Part shown: positions 13,581-25,572 of the stretch, in pieces
Position numbering within the stretch: position 1 is the first letter of the stretch
Layout: the number at the start of each line of letters is the position of its first letter
Assembly (NCBI GenBank): GCA_030390025.1
Contig: CM059432.1
Coordinates: 95,296,001 to 95,360,000, forward strand
Source: Squalus acanthias
Taxonomy: Eukaryota
DNA: 64,000 bases
Direction of reading: 5' to 3'
The notes under the pieces: generated by a model
Told to the model about the DNA's origin: nothing
Seen by the model: the letters and a program-made list of their open reading frames with translations, nothing else
Database searches by the model: none
Position numbers and translations under genes: made by a program

Positions 13581-14357
13581 ACTACCCCATTCCTGCCATT
13601 GCTGTGGCCGCCGGAATCTTTCCCTGAGCATGCCACTGGGCGGCTGGAGCACCTGTCTGAGTCAGGTGGTAGGCCCATTTAAACAGGGCCATGTAAATCG
13701 GGGTTCTATGATGTACATTCTGCCCACTATCAGCTGGTGGCCCAGCTGGAGGAGCCGACAGGTAAGTTTGTGTTTATTTTTGTGGGACCAGGAGAAACAG
13801 GTGCAATATTAGGACCATTTATGCCATCCCATCACATTGGCTTTTTGGACACCTGCAATGCGGAAAGCAGACCTGCCATAAAGCAAGGTAGACTAATTGG
13901 CATACTAATGCAGCACTTTTGGCAAACATAGGGGACTGAATTTCCTCAGCAGTTTCACCAGTAACTCTGGTGGGAGTCTGACTGAACTGCTCAGGGAAAA
14001 CCTTGGACCCAGATGATGACCTTTGTTGGGAAATCCTTATTGGCCCCGTAAGGGGCTTCATCCTTAATTTCAAAATCTCAGTTCCCCAGAGCGGATGTAT
14101 CTGTTGCGTGCCACATACGGAGTGATCAATGCTGTGATCTGTGAGGTGGTAGGCTACAGTATCCTCCATGAGTCTGACTGTACACCTATGGAAACACAAG
14201 GGCAACGGGCTCCTTCTAGCAAATCTGATGTGTCAGTACATGATATGCTATGATCGTGTAGTGCGTGCTAAGTTTGTGAATGATGGAGTGCCTTAGTATG
14301 TGAAAGATGTGCATGACCCTCTCCAATTGGCTCTACCGATTTTAGCTGACTTCTTGT

Positions 14358-14805
14358 AAAGAAAGAACTTCCATTTACATCACGCCTTATCATGTCCTAG
14401 GACATCCCAAAGCACCTTATATCTAATTAATTACTTTTTGAAATGCTGTTACTGCTGTTTTGTTGGCAAGTATGGCAGCTAGTTTGTGGACAGTAAAATC
14501 CCAGACAAACAACTGAGATGACCGACCATTTAATCTGTTTTTGATTATGTTGGTTCAGGAAGGAATGTTGGCCAAGACACTGAAAGAACTTTCTGCTTCA
14601 AATATTGTGGTGGGATCTTTTGCGTCCACTGGAACAGAAGGATGGGTCTCGGTTTAATATCTCATCCAAAGGACAGCAGTTCCAACAGTGAAGCACTCCC
14701 TCAGTATTGCACTAAAGTATTAAGCTATATTATGTGCTCAGGTCCTGGAGTGGGGCTTGAATCACAATCTTCTGACTCAGATGAGTGCTACCAATTGAGA
14801 CAATT
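14358..14805 (-). mobile_element. Diverged Deu-domain SINE
   Basis: Collinear similarity to 2348-2820. Confidence 0.75.
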
Positions 14806-16139
14806 TGATATAGAATAATTTCCTTGAGGCAGGATAGAGGCTTTGGATTGGGGGACCCAACACCCATTCTTCACTTCTCCCTTCCATTATATGTTTCTCT
14901 TTCTTGAAAGTATAAACAAATTGGTGAAGTGCTGGAAGTTTGAAGATTGCAACATAAATGGGAAGCCTGCCTCTGTATGTATATGTATAAGTCAATGAGC
15001 ATTCAGCAGAAAACTGGCTTTTGGTGCAAATTGCATTATTACGCCTAATGGAGCCACATTATTTGAAGGAGTCCCTGGTAGCTGGAAGGTGGGCCAAGTA
15101 TGGATATGGGCTGCTTTGTGAATGTACGAAAAAAGGCTAAAGGATTCCCAACTAATATTCATGCGTCTGGCACAGCTGGCTGAAGTGAAAGTCTTCATTC
15201 CAAGCATGCACTACTATTACACTTGAAGAAAGCTTAATACAGGATACACTTATCTTGGCAAACTTCCTCAGTGTGGAAAACTTTTTCCTCATTTGTGCCA
15301 CACAGACATCTGCACATGTGAAACTGTATTCATCTGCTCTGTCACTTTCTCCCAGGCAGCCTTCCCTCTTCGCTGGACCCTAACACTGCCCTCTGGCATC
15401 TGCTCAAGTGCACTCTGTGGAATTTCTTCTACTGCAAACTTGTGTGCCTGCCCTTATACGGATCTTAAAATTTGCTGCTGCACTGGGTATCTCATCCCAC
15501 AGCCTGCATGCTCGCCACACGGTGTGCAATCAAAGAGTACTGAATAAATATATATACTCAAGTGAGGGCCATTCAGTGCACTTGAAATGCAAGATGTGCT
15601 CGTAACTTTCTGGTCTGAGAGCAGTAGCTCAAAGCATAATCACAAATGAAAATAAGATTACAAATAACAATGGATCTAATGTGACTAAAACAAACATAGG
15701 TTCACACCCTGCCATTTATCCATTTCAATATAAATATCGGAAAAGGCCATTTATTGCTTAGAAACTGGCTGCTAAGTGTTTTCTTGGCACATAATTGATT
15801 TAATACATTCTGTAGCTCCCAGCAAAAAATAAAATAACAATATTGCAGGTGTACCAACGTAAGTGTGTTGTTGTATCTTAATGGGTCTCAATAATATTAT
15901 AATAGTGTAATCAATTTTAGAGACTGAAGGATTTTTGATAAATGTGTGATATAAGAACTGAAGATCAGCTTTTTTCGTTGATCATGTTAAAATTTCAATT
16001 GGGATGACTAGGTGAAATTGAGTCAGGCTGTTTCCAGAGTGGAGTTACTGCGCATGTTTTGTGACTGGCAGGATGAGACCTGCTGTCGTCACGGCAATAA
16101 ACTTTATACAATGGCTTGTAGAGTGCTGCTTTCACCATA

Positions 16140-17360
16140 AACTACAACAACAACTTGCATTTATATAGCGCCTTTAACACTGTAAAAGGTCCCAAGGCGC
16201 TTCACAGGATCGTAATCAGACATAAATTGACACTAAGCCAAAGAAGGAGACGTTAGGACAAGTGATCAAAAGCTTGGCCAAAGAGGCAGGTTTTAAGGAG
16301 CATCTTACAGGAGGAGAGAGAGGTGGCGAGTCAGAGAGGTTTAGGTCATTTTTTATTCATTCACAGGATGCGGGCATCGCTGGCAAGGCCAGCATTTATT
16401 GCCCATCCCTAATTGCCGTTGAGAAGGTGGTGGTGAGCCACCTTCTTGAACCGTTGCAGTCCTTGTGGTGGAGGTCATATTATAGTTTCTTGTAGCGGTT
16501 TGACACTGAGTGGCTTGCTAGGCCATTTCAGAGGGCAGTTAAGAGTCAACCACATTGCTGTGGGTCTGGAGTCACATCTAGGCCAGACCGGGTAAGGACA
16601 GCAGGTTTCCTTCCCTAAAGGACATTAGTGAACCAGATGTGTTTTTCCGACAATCTGGTAGTTTCATGGTCATCATTACTGACACTAGCTTTTTAGTCCA
16701 GATTTATTTAATGAAATTTAAATTCCCCTGCTGCCGTGGTGAGATTTGAACTCATGTCTGTGGATCATTAGTCCAGGCCTCTGGATTACTAGTCCAGTAA
16801 CATAACCACTATGCATACCATACCCCTACGGTAGGGGAATTAGGTAGGTAGGGAATTCCAGAGCTTAGGGCCTAGACAGCTGAAGGCAGGGCTGCCAATG
16901 GTGGGGCGATGGAAGTTGGGGATGTACATGAGGCCAGAATTGGAGGAACGCAGAGTTCTTGGAGGGTTGTAGGGCTGGAGGAGGTTACAGAGATAGGGAG
17001 GAGTGAGGCCAAAGAGCGATTTGAATACAAAGATGAGAATTCTAAATTCGAGGCATTGGTGGACTGGGAGCCAATGTAGGTCAGCGAGCACAGGGTTGAG
17101 GGGTGAACGGGACTTGATGTGTGTTAGGATACGGGTAGCAGAGTTTTGGATAAACTTAAGTTTATTGAGGGTGGAAGATGGGAAGATGGCCAGGAGAGCA
17201 TAGGAATAGTTGAGTCTGGAGGTAACAAAAGCATGGATGAGGATGTCAGGAGCAGATGGGCTGAGTTACTGGCGGAGACGGGCGTTATTACGAAGGTGGA
17301 AATTGACGGTCTTGGTGATGGAGCGGATATGTCGTCGGAAGTTCAGCTTGATTCTCTCAG
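16140..17360 (-). mobile_element. L2 LINE 3' fragment split by a SINE
   Basis: LADLHWLPVHQCLEFRILIFVFKSL..GPKLWNSLP, with (CAA)n tail at 16145. Confidence 0.88.
16347..16827 (-). mobile_element. tRNA-derived SINE with probable Meta-domain core and a tail shared with LINE family B
   Basis: On the minus strand: TAGTGG..GAGTTCAAATC boxes, core GGTTCACTAATGTCCTTTAGGGAAGGAAACCTG, tail GGGATGGGCAATAAATGCTGGCCTTGCCAGCG as at 52960-53010. Confidence 0.75.
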
Positions 17361-19047
17361 ATTTCAGTGATGGGTAATAAAAGACCTATAGAGGGCATCA
17401 ATTTCAAATGGCATTGTTCAAAATTACGTATTTGTTAAAAAAAAATTAAAATACTCAAGTTCTCCATGTAACTAATATAAGATCTTACAGCAGCTATCAC
17501 TGGATTGGCATAAACTATAGTTTCTGGTGTTCTTCCAGTTCAATTAACTGTTATAAGATTTAGCCAAATCATATTTGTAATTTACAGTAATGTTAAAAGA
17601 GCTGGAACCAACCTTTATTTTTATACACACTGCAGTAGCATTCCTTCAAGACATTAACCACAGAGTGAACTTGAGGAAAGCCAGCTTTCTAGCTGACTAT
17701 CAGACCCTGACATCACTGGCGCTGTGTAAATGGTCAACTCTAAAAATATTCTCTGAAATTAGCCGGCAAAAGAATTTGCCCGTCTGGTTAAGTGGAAAAT
17801 TTATTGTTGGTAATTTGTGGAGCAATTACTTGGAGACTTTCCTGTATCTGACTTGTTCTTTTGGCAGATTTACATATGAGTAAGTACAACATGCTTTTAT
17901 CAGAACCAGAAAAAAATATGAGAGGCCATTCTGTTCACAATTCAGACACTGGGGAGTTACATACTGAAATGGATTCATTAGGCAGCCCATTCATTCCTTA
18001 TTGTATGTATTTTAACACAGCTTTTACGCATTTCAGGATCTATTTTATTTATTTCTGCGTCCTTTATGAGTTCTGGCATGTAAATTATTAGTATCAGCAT
18101 CTTATTATTTGTGTATGTGTTTGATATATTTTACATGCACTTTATCTGTTTAATTGTATTCTAGCTATTTTTGTATGTTTTGTTAATTTCATTCCATCTT
18201 CATGCATTTCATTCTATTTGTTATGCATTTTACATTGAAATTGATAATCTTAAATTGGGCACCTCCTTCATAAAGGCTACACTCTGTTACACATACTCTG
18301 TGCGATTTCCCCCCCCCCCCGAGAAGAGCAGGATCTCAAAATTGTACACGATGGGAAAATGTGCACACTTCTGTTTCAACCTGACTGTGAACCTGAGCAG
18401 CTTGGTTGAAGAAAGTATTCTCAGTTCATTCCAGTCATTGTCAAATAAGGCAATGTCGTTGAATCCAGAATTAATTGTTACAAAAAACTTCTTAAAATAG
18501 GAAGAATGTTTTAAATGGAGAAAATGTGTTAGTTTATGATATTTGTACCATGAGTGAATCTGACCTGAAATTCACCCCACCATCATTGACATCACACTCA
18601 TTTGTGTAATTAAAGTGATGTCGTGGGAAGACAAGTATTGTAGCCAACCTAGGATTTCTCAGTTATATCATTTACCCATAATTCTTAACAGAAAAATCCA
18701 TGTTAATTCAATAAGTGAGTGTACTGATATAATGAAATGAGAGATAGCTATTAAAAAATCCTCAACCTTGAAATTATGCTGCATGATGCTAGTGTACGGA
18801 GTGTACGGTCACTTAGGGGGGAATTTTTCGGGGGGTCAGCGGTTTGGTGGCTAGTCGGCTGGGAATTATTTTGTTGACAGCGGGTAGGGAACCCGCTGTC
18901 AACCCGCCTCCACGCTAGTCTCCCAGATGTCGGGTCTGTCATCGCTGAACAGACCCGACACCAAGCGGTGAGGGAGGCAATTTAGATCATTACAGAGATT
19001 GTTAAGAGGCAATTAAATAGTATTATAAGCTTACCTTTAGATTTTTA

Positions 19048-19759
19048 GGGCTGGATTTTCATTGACCCGTGGTGGCGGGTTTGGAGGCATGTGGGGGGCT
19101 AAAATTGCGAAAACTGGCGGGCGGGCACAAGCCCGCCTCCATCCCACCTCCACGCAATTTTCATTAAATCGTGTCTGCTGGTCCCGACTCTGTCCCGCCT
19201 CTGAGAGGCGGGATAGGCTGTTAAGACCCTTAACAAGCACTAAATTGCCTCTATAATGCCATTTTGAAAGGCCTTTGTGATTTTAACCCTTCTTCTACGT
19301 GAAGCACGCCTGTTCTGAACCACAAATGTGAAACCTGGCGGGAGCACATTTGGATAGCTGGCTGGCTGGCTGGCTGGCTGGCTGGATGCATATATGGATG
19401 GCTATGTGGATATGTGGATGGATGCATATATGGATGGATGGGGAGGAGACATATCTGGATGTGGTGGTGTAAAATATCTGGGAGCAGACTTAGGGCTGCT
19501 GCTCATTTTGCATCCAGGTCCTCTCACAGCAAAGGCCAAGCAGTCTCTGAAGACCTTCAATGCAGCAGCAATGATGACATCATCAGAGGCAACTTTCAGA
19601 CTGAAAACACTAATTGGTTCATGGGTTCCCACATGCTGGAACTCAATTGCCCAATTAGGTGAAAATTGCATCAATCTCCCACATCCAATTGCAGTCGGGT
19701 GGATAACACGAAAAGTGGATGACACGACCCCAACCCGCCCCAGTATCAAAATCCAGCTC
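19048..19759. mobile_element. Harbinger-type MITE (intact copy of the family at 26313)
   Basis: TIRs GGGCTGGATTTT / AAAATCCAGCTC; TTA at 19045-19047 and 19760-19762; internal (GGCT)n/(GGAT)n tract. Confidence 0.9.
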
Positions 19760-20789
19760 TTAGAGTTCGCCAACGTCTTCCCTGCTCGGGGATCACGTCA
19801 GGTAAGGAGGTCGGGTGTTGTGTCAGCATGGGATGATTTCTAAACTTGACAGCTGAAAATGGTCTATAAAAGCTTCCATTTCATAGGTCTTCACTTTGCA
19901 AGGTTAGAAGCTGTTGCTTACTGCATTTGGAAGACAGATTAAGCTTTATGCAGGTTGCAAGTGTTTGGTACAAAATCTCTATCCAATGTCACCTCATTGG
20001 AACAACCTCTCTCACCATTGACAGATCGTGTCCGTCATCTCAACCTCACCTGCCATCTATTCCATCAGCATCGGTGCCCTTGAAACTATCTCACCTTGGT
20101 CCTCAGAATTCCACCACAATCAGCCCCAACACCAGCACCACCAGGCACACCAGCAGCACCAACAACAACACCAACCTTCTCCACAATCAGCTGGTGCTGC
20201 ACAGGACACAGGGCATCAGCACCTGACCACATTGTTGCCCAGGAGCCCAGGGATGGCCTCACCATGGCCAGATTTACTTCACTTGACGCTGCACACCCTG
20301 GCTGCCACATGATTCACCAGGTTGGCACCACTCCACATCAACACCATAAAGCATCCCTACAATATCCAAGCCATTCCTTTCACACTCATCAGCATTGTGG
20401 GGGGTGACGTTATGTCTCACCATTCACTGATACTCACTAAGCCACTACCAAAGGTGCGCACAAATCTGTCCAAGAACGCAAAGTGTTGAAAATAAAGGTT
20501 TCAATGTTTGACAGCACATTAACAGAAACTTCACATGATCATTGGCTAAAACACCCAAGTACCTACCCTTGTGTGTTGTTTGTTGGTATGATTGCACTAG
20601 GATGAGGGTGAGTGTGAGCGGTGGCTAGTGAGATGGGAAAGTGATAATGTAGATAGAGAGGGATGGGTGGAGGTGCAAGGTAAGCTGGTGTGAGTAAGGA
20701 TGTGCAGTAGTAGGGTAGGGAAGGCAGAGTGGTGGGGATGTGATGAGTGGCACAGCAGGATGAGGTTGATTGCGGCTTTGCAGTAACAT

Positions 20790-21020
20790 TTTGTGATCTA
20801 CTGAGATCATTGAAAGGTTTGTGCCACTGCAGCCTGGTCCTCCTGACCACATCCCTGCTTCTGTCCTCCTGTGCAATGTCCAACCAGGCTGCGTTGATCT
20901 CCTGGGGCGGTCTCTTCCGCCCATGGGAAGGGAAGAGGACCTCCCTGTTTTCTGTGACTCCCTCCCTAAGCATAGGGAGGGAGTCATGGGAGAGCCTGGG
21001 TGCAGCCGTGCACCTTTGTG
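20790..21020 (-). pseudogene. Harbinger Myb/SANT-like DNA-binding domain remnant
   Basis: PRLSHDSLPMLREGVTENREVLFP..AAWLDIAQE..RRTRLQWHKPFNDL aligns with the peptide encoded at 44531-44773. Confidence 0.8.
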
Positions 21021-24000
21021 CAGTGCTTGTCAGTGTTTGCAGCACCTCAATGCTGCAGAACACTGACAGCACAACTATCAAAAACAATTTGCGCATGGTC
21101 CCTTTAAGGAAACCGGCTGATGAAGCGTCATCAAATGACGTCATCAGACCCGCTTCCTTCAATTGGCCGGGAAACGTGCTGGGCGGGCTTAACGAGCCCA
21201 ATCAGCGTAAAATTCTTTTCACAGAGCGGGCTGGAGCCAGCAGCGCAGTCGCACCCCGCCACCGACCCCGGCCGCACCGGACCCGCCTCAGTAGGCGAAA
21301 GCACGGCCGTAATGCGATTGTATGAAACTCCGTTGTCCATCATTTTAATGGCGGTATTAGTCTGTTTCTTTGTGAGCTAATGCCTGCATTATGAGAGTGA
21401 ACAAAACAATTTCACACGAATGTATTAAGTGTTTGTATTCTAATACCACACAACATTATCTTAAAACTCCAGTAACTTAATTTCATTAAAGTAGTGATCC
21501 CATACTTTTCACTGGATCCTCTTTAATATAAAACTGCAACTCTTTACAATAAACTATAAGCACTATTGGTGAGGGAAAGGCAATATCTAGCTACTTTCTT
21601 ATTTGTTCTACTGTTAGTTCACGAGAATACTAAAGTTGTATCAAAAAGTGACATAATTTATTTTAAAGATAATTTTCTGCTTATTATAGCCTTCATTGTA
21701 TTTTCAATAAAAAAGTGAGGTCTCAATAAATATAAACACTGTACTACACATTCATGCCAAAGTTTTATATTTTGCTCCATAATGTAATCAAAATGAAAAC
21801 TCTTGTCAATAAATTTCTCATCTTAAAAAAACATTATAATCTTTGCAGTTATTATTCACATAGTCATTATGGAATGGTACTTCTAATCATTTATAGGGTG
21901 TGTAATACCGAGAAATGTTTTCAACTAGAAAATCCCCTGCTTTGGCTGGTATCCGTCTTCTGACTCCAAGTGGGCGGAATGAGCTGGAAGGTTATGTAGA
22001 ACCAGGCTCCCAGGGGTCAAGTACAGGTTGCTGAGTCTGGGCTTGGTCACTCCTCCTCTGTATAGTGTATGGAACATTGGGGCTACTCCATCTATGTGGT
22101 ATGTCTGTGTAAACATCATTAGCCTGTACAGGCCGACACACTGTAAATTTCATTTGAGGTTACAAATTACTGTTCTCAGTAACAAAAATAACATATTTTA
22201 AACACAACACATACTGCCAGAGGATGGATCTCTGATCTACAGCGCTTTGATGTCTAATCCTAACTCAGGGTTAGACCGACCATTGTTTGGATTCCTGCTA
22301 TTTAACCAATTAATTTTGGCCCAAAAATACTGAAGTAGTGAAAGAATTTAGGACAAGGAAAGATATTTTGCAGTTGAGCTGGGCTGAGTGTTATGTCAGT
22401 CTCATTTTTTAAACTGCAGTCTCATATGTTTTTAGTAAAAAGTTCAGGTTCTGAACATCATCATTATCAATTTTGGCAATTAATAGAAGAGGGAATGACA
22501 GAACTATTTTAATTTTAAATACATTTGGCTAGGCCTGTCTTGTTCTGTAAGTAAATGTCATGCTGTTATATCACATACATGAACAATCAAGCAAGTATAT
22601 ATTCTGGCAAAGTTGTACAGCACTAGCTGAGCAACATCCCTTCCAGACCTACGCTTCAGAGAAGTGTCTGGAGACAAGCACTGGCTCTCAGATTGTAGCA
22701 AAACAAGTCATTTACAGACAATTCAGAAACAGTCAGTGAGGCATCTACATAACATAGCTCTGTGATCAATGTTACTATAAAATGAAACATTTGCATCCCA
22801 TAAATTAATTTTATCGTTTATTGTCAAGTAAATTCGGGGTCAAGGGTTTATTAGGTATTTTTTTTCCATGCCTTATGAAAATCAGTGTTATAACCCACCT
22901 GTAAATTTGTCATTTGTTGCTTATAAGGTCAAGTCTATCAGAGGATAAATCTGATAAACCATTGTCATCCGTCATATACTGTTCTCATACTGGCAGAAAC
23001 AGTAACATTGAAAGATTGCCTCCTATGATCCTGTTTTCAAAGCCTTTGCTTTGAACAATAGAGGGTCAATTAATTTAAGCAACAGTTCTAAATTTCCTGT
23101 TTTATTATTCAATTAACTAATTACTGCTTCACTCTAAGGAGAGGAAATAACTAAAGTATAGCTCTCATTTTTATCACATTAACTTAATATGTGCTAGGAA
23201 TAGATTGTGTCAAGTTGTGGCAATGTGAAGTTGAGCACTTTGATCAGAAGGAAATTATGTCTGTCATTTTTTCCTGTTTGAGAAGCAGTAATGTGGGAAA
23301 TAAATCAAGCAAAAATCCTAAAGTGCCTGTCTCCGCACTCGTCTGTTAGCGCCTACGTGCATTTCAAAATGTTTCAGTCAGATGGAGAAAAGGGCATGAA
23401 TACCTTTAAAAAATGCACCAATGGACAGAATAACCAGAATGATTCAGTACACCAGTGAGACAACTGAACTGTTTCTTCAACTGAGTGTTGTATTTTAAAG
23501 TTTAATAGTTTAACACTTAGCCTTCCAAATAATCAGGAATTCAGTATGATCGGTATGATTGCAACTGGTACTTTAAATGAATAATAGGATTGGGTATAAG
23601 GTACTTACAGAAACTCATAGAATAATAAGTCTACTGTGGAAATAATATACCTGGATGAAGCATAAATATGATCCAGACATATTTACTGATTAATATTTGT
23701 ATTGCTCAATGTCTCACAAGCTATTTAAAATAAAAAAATGAATCTATTTCATTTCGGTTTAGATGCAGCAGGTGTGATTTAAATGGGCTGAAATACAACT
23801 ACCACAAATTTTCCTCTTAAATTAAAGTATTCCCAGCAGCATATTACTAGTCAAACTATGTAAGCATTCATTGGTACTCAGCTGTATCTTTTATGTTTTC
23901 ACATAGCTGGTAAAAGATGTTTACTGCACAAAAATATAACTGGCAACACAGATTATAAATGATATGTTTTGAGCATGTACTATTGCATAATTCCTGTACG

Positions 24001-24858
24001 ATCCAAGTCAAGCCACCGACTATAATTATAATTTATTACAAATACCTATAAAGCTTCTAAATTAGTCAGAAAAATACTTCTAAATGTTATTTTTTGCGAA
24101 GTAATGTCTGCCAGTGGGTGATGTTGAACATTTCCAAGTTATTGTTTACTTTCAGGCATGAGACTTTCAGAAAGTTTTGAACAAAACTCACTGCCGATTT
24201 AATTTTTACAAACTCTTCAATTAATACAGTGATTGGGTTAAGATTTTGGGTAAATGGACAGCAGGATGACACATTTTGATTGGAATTTATTATGAACCGA
24301 GCATTACTGCAGAGCAGTCTCATAACAGACTCAGGAGCCCTTTGCGTCTCTGTTGTTATCTTTCTTCCTTGGCCTATATTTACTTTCCTGCAGCCTGCCC
24401 ATGTTGGATGGCGCAGTGTATGACCTCTGTATTCCCTAAGTATGTAACATAAAACTGTTAGTTGGAAGAATTGCGGTTCATTCAAATATAATTTTTATCA
24501 CTGGGTGCAAAAGTAGGAAATTTTCTGTTGTTATTGTTGCTTTCGTCAATAAGCACGAAAAATAAATGATTTTCAAGGTACGCCCATCTTTGAGATGGCA
24601 AAATATTTTATCCAGTTTATTTAGGCTAACATAACCACACAGAATGTCTGTGCAGACTTTTACGATCTTTCTCAGCATTTCTAAGCAAACTTTTATGAAG
24701 TGCCATCACACCCAAATGAAGGGAATTAAAATATCTCAAAAAGGTAAGTGATGGTTATATAAACTTACACCTAGCTACATGTCCTCACAGGGAGGTTAAC
24801 TAGTGCGGTGGGGGAGGGTTTAAATTAATTTGGCTGGGGAGGGACACCAGGATGAAGT

Positions 24859-25572
24859 CTTCTCTTAGGCAGTCCCTCGGAACCGAGGATGACTTTCTTC
24901 ACATTAAAAATGAGTTCTCAGGTGACTGATGAGTCCAGTGCGGGACCTACAGTCTCTGTCACAGGTGGGGCAGACGGTTGTTGAAGGGGCGGGTGGGTGG
25001 GGTGCTTGGGTTGACGTGCGCTCCTTCCGCTGTTTGCGCTTGGCTTCTGCTTGCTCCCGGCGAAGAGACTCGAGGTGTTCGGCGCCTTCCCGGATGCTTC
25101 TCCTTCACTTTGTGCGGTCTTGGGCCAGGGATTCCCAGGTGTCGGTGGGGATATTGCACTTTTTCAAGAAGGCTTTGAGGGTGTCCTTGAAGTGTTTCCT
25201 CTGCCCACCTGGGGCTCTCTTGCCGTGTCGGAGCTCCGAGTGGAGCGCTTGTTTTGGGAGTCTCGTATCGGGCATGCGGACGATGTGACCCGTCCGTCGG
25301 AGCTGATCAAGCGTAGTCAAAGCTTCGATGCTGGGGATGTTGGCCTGAGCGAGAACACTGACGTTGGTGCGCCTATCCTGCCAATGGATTTGCAGGATCT
25401 TGCGGAGGCAAGTGGTCCACGCTGTCCAAGGCCTTGTCTTGGATTTTGATAATCGGGGGGCAGTACTGTGTGGCGGGGGCAGGTTGGTAGAGGACTTTTG
25501 TCTTACGGATGTTTAGTGTAAGGCCCATGCTCTCGTATGCTTCGGTGAAGGTGTTGATGATGGTTTGGAGTT
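24859..25572 (-). mobile_element. 5'-truncated RTE (BovB-like) LINE
   Basis: QLRRTGHIVRMPDTRLPKQALHSEL..GGQRKHFKDTLK and GLTLNIRKTKV. TGAAGT duplicated at 24853-24858 and 25573-25578. Confidence 0.9.

Larger units (their letters stand above)
18816..21312. mobile_element. Deleted Harbinger derivative retaining Myb exon 1; hosts a nested MITE
   Basis: Starts TTA|GGGGGGAATTTTT and contains a minus-strand Myb-like peptide. The right boundary is uncertain. Confidence 0.65.

Noticed and set aside
14100..15550. Possible exons after acceptor-like sites at about 14187 (-) and 15355 (+)
   Set aside because: They lie on opposite strands, the frames are short and no peptide is recognisable, so support is insufficient.
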